From Candidatus Eiseniibacteriota bacterium (lineage in GTDB: Bacteria; Eisenbacteria; RBG-16-71-46), in assembly GCA_046327815.1 (NCBI GenBank), contig JAXLXR010000014.1:3706-67705 (forward strand): a DNA stretch of 64,000 bases, in the 5' to 3' direction. Shown here piece after piece: positions 1 to 10,700 of this stretch (positions are counted from its first letter, which is position 1; every line of letters begins with the position of its first letter). Under the pieces are notes generated by a model. The model was given only the letters and a program-made list of their open reading frames with translations, did no database searches and was not told the DNA's origin. The position numbers were made by a program, and so were the translations under genes.

Positions 1-731
1 TCCATGCGGGCCTGGAAGAAGCCACCCGCCGTCGCGTCCTTCAGGATGCCCCAGTTGCCCCACGTCGGGCCTTCGGACACGTTGCCCTCGTCCATGCTCA
101 GGACGCCCGAGGTGTACGGCACGCCGAGCCACACGAGGTCGTACTTCACCGTGCCGGGGCTCACCGAGCTGAGACCGTTCGAGTGGTAGGTCATCGTGAT
201 CGAGATCGGGGTGTTCATCGCGAAGTGGATGCCTTCGGCCGCGGTGAAGTTGTAGAACGGCATGCGGCCACCGAAGCAGGCGATTTCGCCGTCGGGCACG
301 CGGCAGTTCACACGACCACCGTCGAACGGATAGGCGCCGCCCCACGGACGCGTCGGGCCATCCCACCAGGGCGCGATGTTGATGCCGGTCTCGCCGCCGT
401 TGGCGTTCGAGCCCGTCAGCGTCACGGTCGAGGAGAAGCTGAAGTCGGAGTTGTTCGGGAAGTACGCGGGATTGACGCCACCGTCATCCGAGAAGCGCCA
501 CGTGTGCAGCTCCGCCCAACCGTTGCAGATCAGGAAGCTGTGCTCGATGGCGACCGAGCTCGGGTAGTTGTTGGTCACCGTGACGGGCGAGCCCGGGCAC
601 GTGCCCCACGTGTTCAGGTTGAAGTAGGCGCCGTTCGGGATGGGCGTCACGGCCGAGGCGGCCGAGGCGAGTCCCATCGCGAGGACGGCCGTCGCGAGAA
701 ACGCCAGGCTGGGGTAACCGATCCGCTTCAT
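1..731 (-). CDS. secreted hypothetical protein (C-terminus lies outside the window)
   Basis: Absent from the ORF track because it has no in-window stop. Hand translation of the minus strand from ATG 731..729 gives MKRIGYPSLAFLATAVLAMGLASAASAVTPIPNGAYFNLNTWGTCPGSPVTVTNNYPSSVAIEHSFLICNGWAELHTWRFSDDG..., and the stretches I translated by hand (about 481-731 and 1-60) contain no stop. AAGGAGG Shine-Dalgarno at 741-747, 9 nt upstream. Clear signal peptide. Confidence 0.6.
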   Translation of the reverse strand, partial: MKRIGYPSLAFLATAVLAMGLASAASAVTPIPNGAYFNLNTWGTCPGSPVTVTNNYPSSVAIEHSFLICNGWAELHTWRFSDDGGVNPAYFPNNSDFSFSSTVTLTGSNANGGETGINIAPWWDGPTRPWGGAYPFDGGRVNCRVPDGEIACFGGRMPFYNFTAAEGIHFAMNTPISITMTYHSNGLSSVSPGTVKYDLVWLGVPYTSGVLSMDEGNVSEGPTWGNWGILKDATAGGFFQARM

Positions 732-944
732 GTTGGACTTCCTCCTTGCTGATGTGTGACTGGGGACGACACTGCGGATCCTGCTGTCGAGAGTGCTGCT
801 GGCTTCGCCGACTCCCCACCGACACTCGAGGCGACCTGCTCGGAACTCGCGTTCGCGACGGCGAACCGTGAGCTGCTCGGATGTCCGTGGGAGTCTCGAG
901 TCGGGGCTGTGGAGGCCACGTCGGCCCCTTCCTCGGCTCACGGT

Positions 945-959
945 TGAAAACGATTACAT
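945..959. promoter_or_regulatory. LacI-family operator candidate (TGAAAACGATTACAT)
   Basis: The 15-mer is identical to the one at 17075-17089 and closely resembles the reverse complement of 27576-27590. It is an AT-rich pseudo-palindrome in a GC-rich intergenic region, 214 nt upstream of the ATG at 731. Confidence 0.5.
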
Positions 960-1072
960 GGGCCTTTCCAACGCGTCAACGAAAAGCCCGATGAAACTGC
1001 AATGACAAGTGTTACATGAACGCGGGCGCGAGAATCGAGCTCCCTCACGAGGGGCCTGTTCGTGCCTGCGCG

Positions 1073-4000
1073 TCATGCTCCTCGCCGCGCTCCCAGCACC
1101 AGGTCCAGCCGGTGCCTGCCGGCCCCGCGGGAGGCCGGCACTTCGACCGCGCCGTCGCACACCGCCACTGCCTGGCCGTCGAACGTCGCCGAGACGACCG
1201 CCTCGGAACAGCCCGACGGGTTCTGCACCCGGAGCTCGAGCACCGCCGAGCCACCGGGAATCCGGTAGTCCATTTCGAAGCCCGGCCAGTCGTCGGGCAC
1301 GCAGGGCTTCACCCGTACCGTGCGGCCGCCCACGAGCGTCACGCCGAGCACGGATTCGACCGCGATCCGGAACATCCAGCCGGCCGAGCCCGTGTACCAG
1401 GTCCAGCCGCCGCGCCCGACGTGCGGCGCCTCGCCGTACACGTCGGCGACGATCACGTAGGGCTCGGTCTGGTAGCGCGCCACGCGCTGCGGGTTCGCCG
1501 TGTGCCGCACCGGGCTCAGCATGGCGAGCAGCGCCGCCGCACGGTCGCGGCGGCCGAGTTCGGCCATCGCCCGCACCACCCAGAGCACGCCGTGGGTGTA
1601 CTGGCCGCCGTTCTCCCGCACACCCGCGACGTAGCCCTTGATGTAGCCCGGGTCGTGCGGCGTGTCGCGGAATGCCGGGGTGAGCAGCCGGATCAGCCCG
1701 TCCTGCTCCGACACCAGGTGGCGTTCGACCGCGTCCATCGCCTGCGCCGCGCGCTCGGGCGGCGCCGCGCCGGACAGCACCGACCACGCCTGCGCAAGCC
1801 CGTCGATCCGGCACTCGTCGGACTCCTTCGAGCCCAGCGGCGCGCCGTCGTCGTAGTAGGCGCGGCGGTACCACTCGCCGTCCCAGCCGCCGTCGTTGAG
1901 CGCAACGCGCAGCGCGTCGCGGTGCCGGCGGTAGCGTTCGGCACGGGTGTGGTCGCCGCGACGCTCGCACACCGGTGCGAAGTCGCCGAGGATCGCGTAC
2001 AGGAAGAAGCCCATCCACACGCTCTCGCCCCGGCCCAGCCGGCCGACGCGATTCATGCCGTCGTTCCAGTCGCCGGTGCCGAACAGCGGCAGGCCGTGCG
2101 CCCCCACTTCGAGCGAGCGGTCGAGCGCGCGGCAGCAGTGCTCGTACACGTCGGCCGCGGTGCCGGAATCGCCCGGCACGAGGTACACCTCGTCTTCGCC
2201 CGCGCGCAACGCCGGTGCGTCGAGGAACCGTGCACGTTCGTCGAACACACCCCAGTCCCCGGTGGACTGCACGTAGTAGGTCGCGAGCAGCGGCAGCCAC
2301 AGCAGGTCGTCCGCGAACCGCGTGCGCATGCCCTTCGAGAGCGGCGGGTGCCACCAGTGCAGCACGTCGCCCTCGGCGAACTGGTGCCGGGCGTGCAGCA
2401 CGATCTGCGCACGCAGCAGCTCCGGCCGCAGGTGCAGCAGCGAAGCGGCGTCCTGCAGCTGGTCGCGGAACCCGAACGCGCCGCCGGACTGGTAGTACGC
2501 CGTCCGCCCCCAGATGCGGCAGCTGAGCGTCTGGTACGCGAGCCAGCCGTTCACCATCAGGTCGAGCTCGGCGCTCGGCGTGCGCACCTGCACGCCGGAC
2601 ACCAGCGCGTCCCAGCGCGCGCGCACTTCGGCGCGCGCGGCGTCCACGCCCCCGTCGGCGGCGAGCGCGGCGACCATGGCGGCGACGTGCGCGTCCGACG
2701 TGCCTTCGCCGAACAGGAACGACGCGTCGAACGCCGCGCCGGGCGCGAGCTCGAACACGAGCTGTTCACCGAAGCAGGGATCGAGCCCGGCGCCGGTCGC
2801 GCCCGAAAGCACGCCGCCCGCGAGCACCGCCTGCGGCGCGGCCAGGCTGCCGCCCACGCCGACGAACTCCTCGCGGTCGGCGCTCGAGTGGCGCACCGCG
2901 CCGGCCGCGCCGGCGATCGCGCTGAACGCCACGCCGTGCGCGAACTCGCCCGCGGTGACGTTGGTCGCCACGATCGCACCGGCGCCGTCGAGCCGGCGAG
3001 TGACCACGTGGCGCGAGCTGAGCTCGGGCAGCACGCCCTGCACGAGGCGCGCGTACGACCACAACGACAGCCGCCGCGCGCGCCCCGACCGGTTCTCGAG
3101 CCGCACGCGCGTGACGCGCACCGGCTCGTCGGCGTGCGCGAACCAGCAGACTTCCTGCGCGAGCCCGTGACTCTCGTGGCGCACGCGCGTGTAGCCGAAG
3201 CCGTGGCGCACTTCGTAGTCGGCGGCCGCGGGCGCGGGCCCCGCGCACGGCGACCACCATTCGCCCGTAACCTCGTCGCGCACCCACAGCGCCTCGCCGT
3301 GCGGGTCGAGCACGGGATCGTTGTGCCACGGCGTCAGGCGGTGCTCGCGGCTGTTCGCGCTCCACGTGCTGGCCGCACCGGTCTCGCTGACGAAGAAGCC
3401 GAAGCGCTCGTTCGCCATGATGTTCACCCACGGCAACGGCGGCAGCTGGTGGCCGGCTCCCGGCGCGTACGGCAGCCGGATCACGTACTCGCGGCCGTCG
3501 GCCGAGAAGCCGCCGAAGCCGTTCCACTCGCGCAGCGGTTCGGTGGCGGGCGCCGCTCGTTCGAGCGCCATGGCCCGCGCCGCACGAGGCCGGCGCGCGG
3601 TCTCGAGCGCGAGCACCTCGCGCGCGATCTCGTGCAGCGGTGCGGCGAAGTAGGCCGCCGCATGCGAGAGCAGCGCGTCGGAATCGGCCGGATCGAGCGC
3701 GGACCACGCGAACACGCGCGCCTGCGCCGCGGGCGGCACCGGCGAGTTCGGGGCGAGCAGCGCGAGCGGCTCGCACGCGAACCCGAGCGCGTTCCAGTAG
3801 CGGCACGCACGTTCGAGTTCGGCGACGCGTGCGGCCGCCGAACCGTTCTCGCACCATGCGGCGATCGCGGCGCGGTCGGGCCGCAGCTGGTGGCGGGCGA
3901 ACAGTCCCTCGCGCGGCAGCTGCCGCGCCTGCGCCGCGCGGGCGCGCGCAGCCCGGAGTAGCCGTACGCCGCCGCCGCGGCCAGCGCCTGCAGGCCGTCG

Positions 4001-4935
4001 GCCTCGTGATCGGCGATCCCGCACTCGGCACGCCGGGCGCGCTCGGCGGCCGCGGCGCCCGCGAACGCGCGCTCGACCGCCTCCGCGGCGCGCACGTCGC
4101 GCACGAGCGCGAGCGCCGCGTCGCGATCCGCGGCCAGGCCCAGCACGAACGTGAACGTCGCGCTCCGGCCCGGTGGCAGGTGCACCTCGCGGCGCAGCGC
4201 CACGACCGGGTCCAGCACGTTGCCGCACGAGCCGCCGAGCGGCCCCGGCGTGCGCAGCGCCCGTGGCGCGGCGGGCGAGCCCTCCCGGCCCAGGAAGCGC
4301 ACGCGGTCGCTCTCGCACGACACGAAGCCGCGCTCGACCAGTGCGTGCACGAGCCACGGATGGCTCTCGTCGTTGCCGCGCGGCCGCCGGCGGGCGAGCA
4401 GCACCTCGTCGTCCGCCGCCCATTCGGTCTGCACGAACAGCTTCGAGAACGCCGGATGCGACGCGTCGGCCGCGGGGTGGTTGAGCACCACGTCGGCCCA
4501 CGACGTCACGTCGAGCACGCGTGGCGCGTCGCCCGTGTTGGTCAGTTCGAGCCGGCGGAGTTCACCGTCGGCGCCCTCGAGCACGCACACGTCGAGCCGC
4601 GCCTCGAGTCCGTCGCCGCGGCGCACGATCGTGACCCGGCCGGGCGCCGTCGCGAACTCGCGCGAGTCCGCCGAGCCGCCGGCGGGTTCTTCCCCGACCG
4701 AGAACCACGTGCGCGCCTCGACGTCGCGCACGAAGAAGAAGAGTCCCGTGCGGTCCTCGATCCGGTCGGCGTTCCAGCGCGTGAGCGCGCAACCCGGCGT
4801 GCGCGAGCAGCCTGTCCCCGCGCGTGTGAGCAGCACGGAGTAGCGGCCGTTCGACAGCCAACGTCCACCGGGGGTGGGCGAAGTCAGCCGTTCGGGTGTG
4901 GACAGTGCGGCCAGTGGTGTGCTCAGCGTGCTCAT
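1073..4935 (-). pseudogene. GH94 glycoside phosphorylase (1,2-beta-oligoglucan phosphorylase-like), reading frame broken near 3900-3970
   Basis: The N-terminal part reads in ORF 3481..4935 (MSTLSTPLAAL...RWNADRIEDRTGLFFFVRD...) up to ...AAAAAYGYSG. The C-terminal part continues in ORF 1073..4501 from ...QARQLPREGLFARHQL. GH94 hallmarks: LFGTGDWNDGMN (catalytic Asp region), ENGGQYTHG, and YYQSGGAFGFRDQLQD. No signal peptide. Confidence 0.75.
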
Positions 4936-4963
4936 CGTGCTCCGTCGAGGGCTGCGGCGCCCG

Positions 4964-6580
4964 TCACTTGAGGATCACGGCTCGCGACGTCCAGCGCGCG
5001 CCGGGGATTTCGAATCGGTAGAGGTAGATGCCGGGCGTGAGGTGCGACGCGTCCATGGTGATCGCGTGTTCACCCGCGGCGCGTTCGTCGTCGGCGAGAA
5101 GCGCGACTTCGCGGCCCTGCACGTCGTACATCGCCAGTCGCACGTGCGCGGGCGCGCTCAGGCGGAAGCGCACGGACGTCTGCCCGCGGAACGGGTTCGG
5201 GCCCGCCCCGAAGAAGGCGTCGGCGCGCGGCCGCGGCGGCCCGTCGGCGGCGTCGGTCGTCACCGGCAGGAAGCCCGCCAGGCTGAGGCCGCGCTGGATG
5301 TCGGCGTTCTTCATGAAGCGCGCCCAGATCATGTTGTTCCGGTAGTTCTCGATCATCATCACGATCGGGCCCTGGTCGATGCCCAGCACGTCGAGGCCGA
5401 GCCAGGGGTTCTTCACCGGGTTGAACGCGTCGGTGAAGCCGTACTTGGTCCACATCGGGTAGACCTTGTACGTGCGGTAGAGGTTGCGGATGCAGGGCCA
5501 CACCGAATCGGGCGCGAACGGGATCGAACTGATCGGCGCCGTCGGGGTGATCGTGCCGTTGTCGTAGCCGGCCGGCGCGCCGTGCGCCGCGTAGCCGTTC
5601 GGGTCGTCGCTCGCCGTGAATCCCCACAGGCTGTCGCTCTCACCCAGCTGGTAGGCCGGGTTCGTCGGGAAGTACTGCGCGAGGATGCCGTTGAAGCGCG
5701 CGTACGTGATCTGCGACAGCGTCGCACGACGGGAGTTCTCGAAGTACGTGATGCCCTTGGTGCGCATGTAGGCGTCGTTCACCTGCCGGAAGTCCACCCA
5801 GCAGTGCGAATACTGGTGCCCGAAGAGCGGCGCGAAGTTCACGTAGGGGCCCACGGCCGCGTACTGCGTCTGCCACGAGTAGCCGCTCGTCCACACGTTC
5901 CAGTCGGTCCCGGGAATCGGGTGACGCGGCGAGCCGATCGCGAGCAGGTACATGATCATGGCCTCGTTGTAGCCGATCCACCGACCGAAGCCGCTGAACC
6001 CCGAACTCGGGTTCCAGCCCATGTAGATCCCGCCGCTGGGATGGCGCACGAACGTCCAGTCGGCGCGCCACGTGATCGAATCCGCGAGCGCGCGGATCTG
6101 GTTCTCGCTCGCCTCGTTCTGCGAGAAGTACTCGCGCGCGTGCAGGATGCCGGCGAACAGCAGCGCGGTGTCGATCGTGCTGAGTTCGGAGTTCCAGTCC
6201 GCGCGGCGCAGGCCGGTGTTCATGTCGAGCCAGTGGTAGTAGAGGCCCTTGTAGCCGATCACGCCGGTGGTCCCGGCACCCTGCGGCCCGTTCCAGAAGG
6301 TGTTGAGCGTGGTGAGCACGCGCTGACGCGCCTGGGCGCGCGTGACCCAGCCGTGGTCCGACGCCACGCAGATCGCGCTGAGCCCGAATCCGGTCGAGGC
6401 GATGCTGCACACCGAGTTCGGCGTGCTGCGGTCCTTCACCAGGCCGTTCGCCGGGTTCGCCTCGTCCCAGAAGTAGCGGAAGCCCGTGTACTGGAGCGAG
6501 TCGAGGACCGCCTCGCGCGACTGGGCGGAGGCACTGGTCGCGAAGAGGAGCATGGCGAGGAGCAGGAGGACCCGTTTCAT
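4964..6580 (-). CDS. GH144-like endo-beta-1,2-glucanase (PF10091 putative glucoamylase fold) with T9SS C-terminal sorting domain
   Basis: Signal peptide MKRVLLLLAMLLFATSASAQ. Core FRYFWDEANPANGLVKDRS...IGYKGLYYHWLD...PLFGHQYSHCWVDFR...YFENSRRAT...GIDQGPIVMMIENY. The last ~80 aa (PNPFRGQTSVRFRL...GIYLYRFEI...AVILK) look like a Por_Secre_tail / FlgD-Ig CTD. Confidence 0.65.
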   Translation of the reverse strand: MKRVLLLLAMLLFATSASAQSREAVLDSLQYTGFRYFWDEANPANGLVKDRSTPNSVCSIASTGFGLSAICVASDHGWVTRAQARQRVLTTLNTFWNGPQGAGTTGVIGYKGLYYHWLDMNTGLRRADWNSELSTIDTALLFAGILHAREYFSQNEASENQIRALADSITWRADWTFVRHPSGGIYMGWNPSSGFSGFGRWIGYNEAMIMYLLAIGSPRHPIPGTDWNVWTSGYSWQTQYAAVGPYVNFAPLFGHQYSHCWVDFRQVNDAYMRTKGITYFENSRRATLSQITYARFNGILAQYFPTNPAYQLGESDSLWGFTASDDPNGYAAHGAPAGYDNGTITPTAPISSIPFAPDSVWPCIRNLYRTYKVYPMWTKYGFTDAFNPVKNPWLGLDVLGIDQGPIVMMIENYRNNMIWARFMKNADIQRGLSLAGFLPVTTDAADGPPRPRADAFFGAGPNPFRGQTSVRFRLSAPAHVRLAMYDVQGREVALLADDERAAGEHAITMDASHLTPGIYLYRFEIPGARWTSRAVILK

Positions 6581-6684
6581 GTCGTGCCTTTCGCGCCGAA
6601 CGGCGTGGGGCCGCGGCGGTGTCGCGTGTCGTCGTCACGGGCGCCCCGCCGCACGGCGGTGGGGCACCCAATTGTATACGTCGT

Positions 6685-7704
6685 CTAGAAGCCGATGCCC
6701 ACCGAAACGCGGTGGGCGCCGCCGAGGCGACCCTGGTCCGTCCAGCCGTAGTCGCACTGGTAGCGCATGGAATCGTAACGCCCGCGGATGCCGGCGCCGA
6801 GCGTGAGCCCGATTTCGGAGTCCTCGAGGAACAGCCCCTGCCAGCCCGCACGCACCGCGACCACCTCGCGCATGGCGTACTCCGCCCCGATGTTGACGCT
6901 CTCGGAGTTGTCGTTCGGATGGAACGCGTCGGCGACGAGCAGGAGCCGGCCGTCGTTCCCCACCTTGTAGGGCATGCCGACGCCCACCCGGAACAGGACC
7001 GGCACCGAGAACGCATCCGTGTAGCGCACGCCCGGCAGGCTGCTGTTGTCGCCGTTCTGTCCCGGAATGTTGTCGTACGTGAAGCGCAGGTCGCGACCGT
7101 CGAAGGCGGCGCGCGTGCCGAAGTTCGAGAGGCTCGAGCCGATGCGAAGCCCGTTCTCGGACACGCGGTACAGCGTGCCGATGCTCAGCGTCATCGCGCT
7201 CGCCGACGTGTGCCAGATCGTCTCCTGCAGCCAGTGCACCTGCATGCCCGCCGAGAACCGCGGCGAGATCTGGCGGCCGTAGCCGATCGCGAGATCGAGG
7301 TCCGAAACGTGGAACAGTTCGCCGGTGCCGTGCGGCTGCTCCACCGTGCGCACCTCGAGGTCACCCGAGTTGAGCGAAGTGACGCTCGCGAACGCCGTGC
7401 CCCACCCGCCCATCGGGAGTGCGGTCGCGACGTAGTCGTGGCGGATGTCGGCGATCCACGCGTTGTGCGCGAACACGGCCTGCGTCGAGCGCACGCCGCC
7501 GATCGCCGCGGGGTTGTACCACGCCGAGCCGAGCCCCTCGTACATCGAGACGCCGGCGTTGCCCATGGCGGCGATGCGCGCGTGGGGCTCGATCATGCTG
7601 AACGCGCCGAACGTGGTGCCCGTGTTCGTCTGGGCGAATCCCGTGAGCGGCACGGCGAGGAGGCACGCGCCGAGCACGGCACTCCGGATGAAGTTCGAGT
7701 TCAT
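6685..7704 (-). CDS. PorV/PorQ-family outer-membrane beta-barrel protein
   Basis: Only the last 339 codons of ORF 6685..10998 are coding. Start is ATG 7704..7702 (MNSNFIRSAVLGACLLAVPLTGFAQT). N-terminal motif FGAFSMIEPHARIAAMGNAGVS...AWYNPAAIGG. Alternating beta-strand pattern, ending in ...VSVGIGF. Confidence 0.6.
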   Translation of the reverse strand: MNSNFIRSAVLGACLLAVPLTGFAQTNTGTTFGAFSMIEPHARIAAMGNAGVSMYEGLGSAWYNPAAIGGVRSTQAVFAHNAWIADIRHDYVATALPMGGWGTAFASVTSLNSGDLEVRTVEQPHGTGELFHVSDLDLAIGYGRQISPRFSAGMQVHWLQETIWHTSASAMTLSIGTLYRVSENGLRIGSSLSNFGTRAAFDGRDLRFTYDNIPGQNGDNSSLPGVRYTDAFSVPVLFRVGVGMPYKVGNDGRLLLVADAFHPNDNSESVNIGAEYAMREVVAVRAGWQGLFLEDSEIGLTLGAGIRGRYDSMRYQCDYGWTDQGRLGGAHRVSVGIGF

Positions 7705-7718
7705 GGCGTCCTCCCTTC

Positions 7719-10700
7719 TCACTTGATGATGGCGAACTTGCCGACGTACTTGCCCACTCCCGGCGCGTCCACGTGGAACACGTAGAGCCCGGGCGCGACG
7801 TCGAGGTTGTCCTTGGTGCGCAGGTCCCACGGCACGTAGCCGTTCACGGAACCGTCCTGCCGCAGCGTGCGCACGAGGTCGCCGTGCACGGTGTAGATGC
7901 GCACGACGGCGTCCTGCGGGATCGCACGGAACTCCATGCGCCGGTCGCCGCGCCCCGAGACGTTGAACCGCTGCGGCTCGAAGCTCGCGGCGGCGACGTA
8001 GGGATTCGGCACCACGTAGGGCTTCTGCGACCACGCGGCCTGCGCGCCGGCCGCGCTCACGCCCTGCGCGCCGGTGACGAACGTGAACGTGTCGGCCACG
8101 CCGAGCGTCGTGGCGAGCCGCAGCGTCCACACGTCGCCCAGGTTCGGCCGGGCCAGCGTGTCGGGTGCCACCACGGCGGCGGGATCGAGCGTGATGCGCC
8201 ACGTCGGCTGGTGCGCGGCGGGCGCCCACGGCGCGTTCGTCTCCACCTCGATGTAGTCCTGCGCCGCGTTGATCGTGCCGTCGCGGCCCACGTCGCGGAA
8301 CCGGAACTTCATGCGCCGGTCGCCCGACGGCGTGTGCGCGATCACCACGAACTTCGCGGGATTCGCGCGATCGCCGGTCGAGATGATCACGCCCGTGTCG
8401 CGCACCACGTTGTCGAACACGATCGAGATGTCGTCCGGGTAGCCGGTGCGCCGCAGGTTCGGCGACAGCGTCGGCGCGAAGCTGTTGTTCACGAGGAAGC
8501 GCGCGTTCGTGGTGGACCCGGCGCTCCAGCCGGTGCTGTCCGTGCGCACCATGACCGGCGCCGCGGCCTTGCGGACGTACGGCAGCAGTCCCGCACCGAT
8601 CGGACCGACACCCGCCGAGTCGAAGTCGGCGCCGCTCTTGAACCAGGTGAAGTGATCGGTCGAGTCGCGCAGCTCGTACTTCATGGCCGCGATCGAGTCC
8701 GGCGAATCGGTCGTGAACGTGAGCGCCATGAGGTGGCCGTCCTGCACGATGTCCGAGTTCACCACCTCGATGCCCACGCCACCGCGTCCGCGTCCGGTCG
8801 CGTGCGCCGCCGGCGTCACGGTCGCCGCCGTCCAGCCGCCGACGCGCGGGTTCGCGCGCACGGCGACCACGTTCGACGGCAGGATCAGTCCGCCGCGCGC
8901 GGTGCGCGACACCGGGATCGAGTTCTCGGACGGGTAGAACGACGTCGAGTCCGCGCCGGTGTCGAAGCCGCGGTCGTAGGCGCAGACCGCGTAGTAGTAC
9001 TGCTGGCCGTTCACGGCGGTCGTGTCCGTCCAGGTGTGGCGGATGCCGTTGTTCTCGCCGAGCCAGTACTGCACGCCGCTCACCGCCATGCGCGAGTAGC
9101 CGGCGTAGGAATCGTCGAGATCCATCTGGTGGATCGGCTGGCCGTTGCCGACGGGCTGCGTGCCCTGGCCGTTGTACACCTTCTGCACGTCGCGGAAGTC
9201 GGGATCGGTCGCGCGGTAGATGCGGTAGCCCTCGAAGTCGAAGTCGTGCGTGACCGGATCGATCGAACGCTCGGCGACGTCGTCCCACGACAGCCGTACG
9301 TAGCCGTCTCCCGATTCGGCGGTGACCGTCGGGCGCGTCGGCGGCACCGCGAACTGGTAGTTCGCGTTGTAGATCTGCTGCACCGTCTGCACGGACGCGC
9401 GCAGCTCGCTGAGCGTGCTGCCGTACGCGAGCGCCAGGCTGAAGCGCTCGCGCTGCCCGGCCTTGAGCGTGAACGGGCCGGACGCGAACAGGAACCCGAT
9501 GTTGAAGTTCGCGACGATCGTCGAGTCGAAGCGCGCCTGCGTCACGGGGTTCGTGAACGTGTCGTAGAGGATCAACGGCCAGTTCTTGCCGTCGAAGTCG
9601 CAGAACAGCACGTTGTGCAGGTACTCGGGATGGTCGGTGGTGTTCGTGATGAGGTTGTACTTGAAGCCGGTGAGCCCGATCTGGTCGGACTCGCTCACGT
9701 CGGTCTTGTCGAAGTTCGGCTCGCCGAGCGTCGGGATGCCGTCGAGCTCGCCGGTGTCGAACGTCTCGGGCACGCCGTCGGCGCCGACGTCGTCGAGCTC
9801 GGCGTTCCAGTCCATGTCCTCGTCGCCCGTGTACCAGCGGCCGAGCCGGTAGGCCGCGTGCTTCTCGAGCCGGCCGTAGGCGCGGTACCACTTGGTCGTG
9901 TCGTAGTGCGACTCGACCCACGCTCGGATCGCGTCCTGCCCCACGACCAGCGCGCCCACGCCGCCGTCGCGCAGTTCGTTGAGCATGCCGTCGTTGTCGT
10001 TGTCGAGCGCGTCGAGCGCGTTGCCCGGCGTCTCGAGGTAGGCGTAGCCCATGTAGCCCGTGCGCGCGCACGCGCCGTCGAGGCTCTTGCCGTGGCCGTT
10101 CATGTCCCACGTGTACGTGAGGTTCAGGCCGAACGACTTGTCGAAGAACGCGTTGTCGTCGTCGGATTCGGCCACGCCGTCGCAGGAGATCGCCGAGCCG
10201 CCCACGCCGGAATCCATGTAGATCCCGAAGATGATGTTGTCGTCGTAGTCGGTCGTGCCTTCGTTCGCGATGTCGTAGTGCCAGAAGATGACGTTGCCGG
10301 CCTGCGGATTGGCCCACTGGAAGCCGCGCGTCTCGACGCGCAGCCCGAGCCCGCGCCGCGTGAGGTCGCGCGAGTCCGGATTGAAGCGCCACGTGCTGTA
10401 GAAGTCGTCGTCCATCACCGTGAACGACTCCTGGTCGGCGGCGGGACGCTTGCCGAAGTAGCCGTTCCACGCGCCCGGCCAGCCCGGATCGTCGCCGTCG
10501 GTCTGCTTGTCCGGCCACGCGTCGGGCCATGTGCGGGGATCGTGGCTGATCGCGGGCGAGCGCGCCTTGTTGATCGTCGGGTCGGGCTGGAAGAACCCGG
10601 GCCGGGGTTCGAACCGCATGGTGCGGTTGAGCGGGTCGTTGCACTGCCGTTCCCGGTAGCCCGTCTCCATGATGTAGGAGTCGGTACCGTCGGTCTGGCG

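Noticed and set aside
1003-1018. ATGACAAGTGTTACAT, a possible second operator near the site at 945-959.
   Set aside because: It matches an idealised palindrome at only about 11 of 16 positions and has a disrupted centre. It is kept as a note only.
1016-3961. 981-aa plus-strand ORF, together with the similar long ORFs at 7773..11099, 10943..14038, 42796..45900, 30294..33044 and 55692..59966.
   Set aside because: These lie antisense to genes with clear family motifs. Their translations are Arg/Ala/Gly/Pro-rich low-complexity sequence with no recognisable domains. They are typical stop-codon-poor shadow ORFs of very GC-rich DNA.
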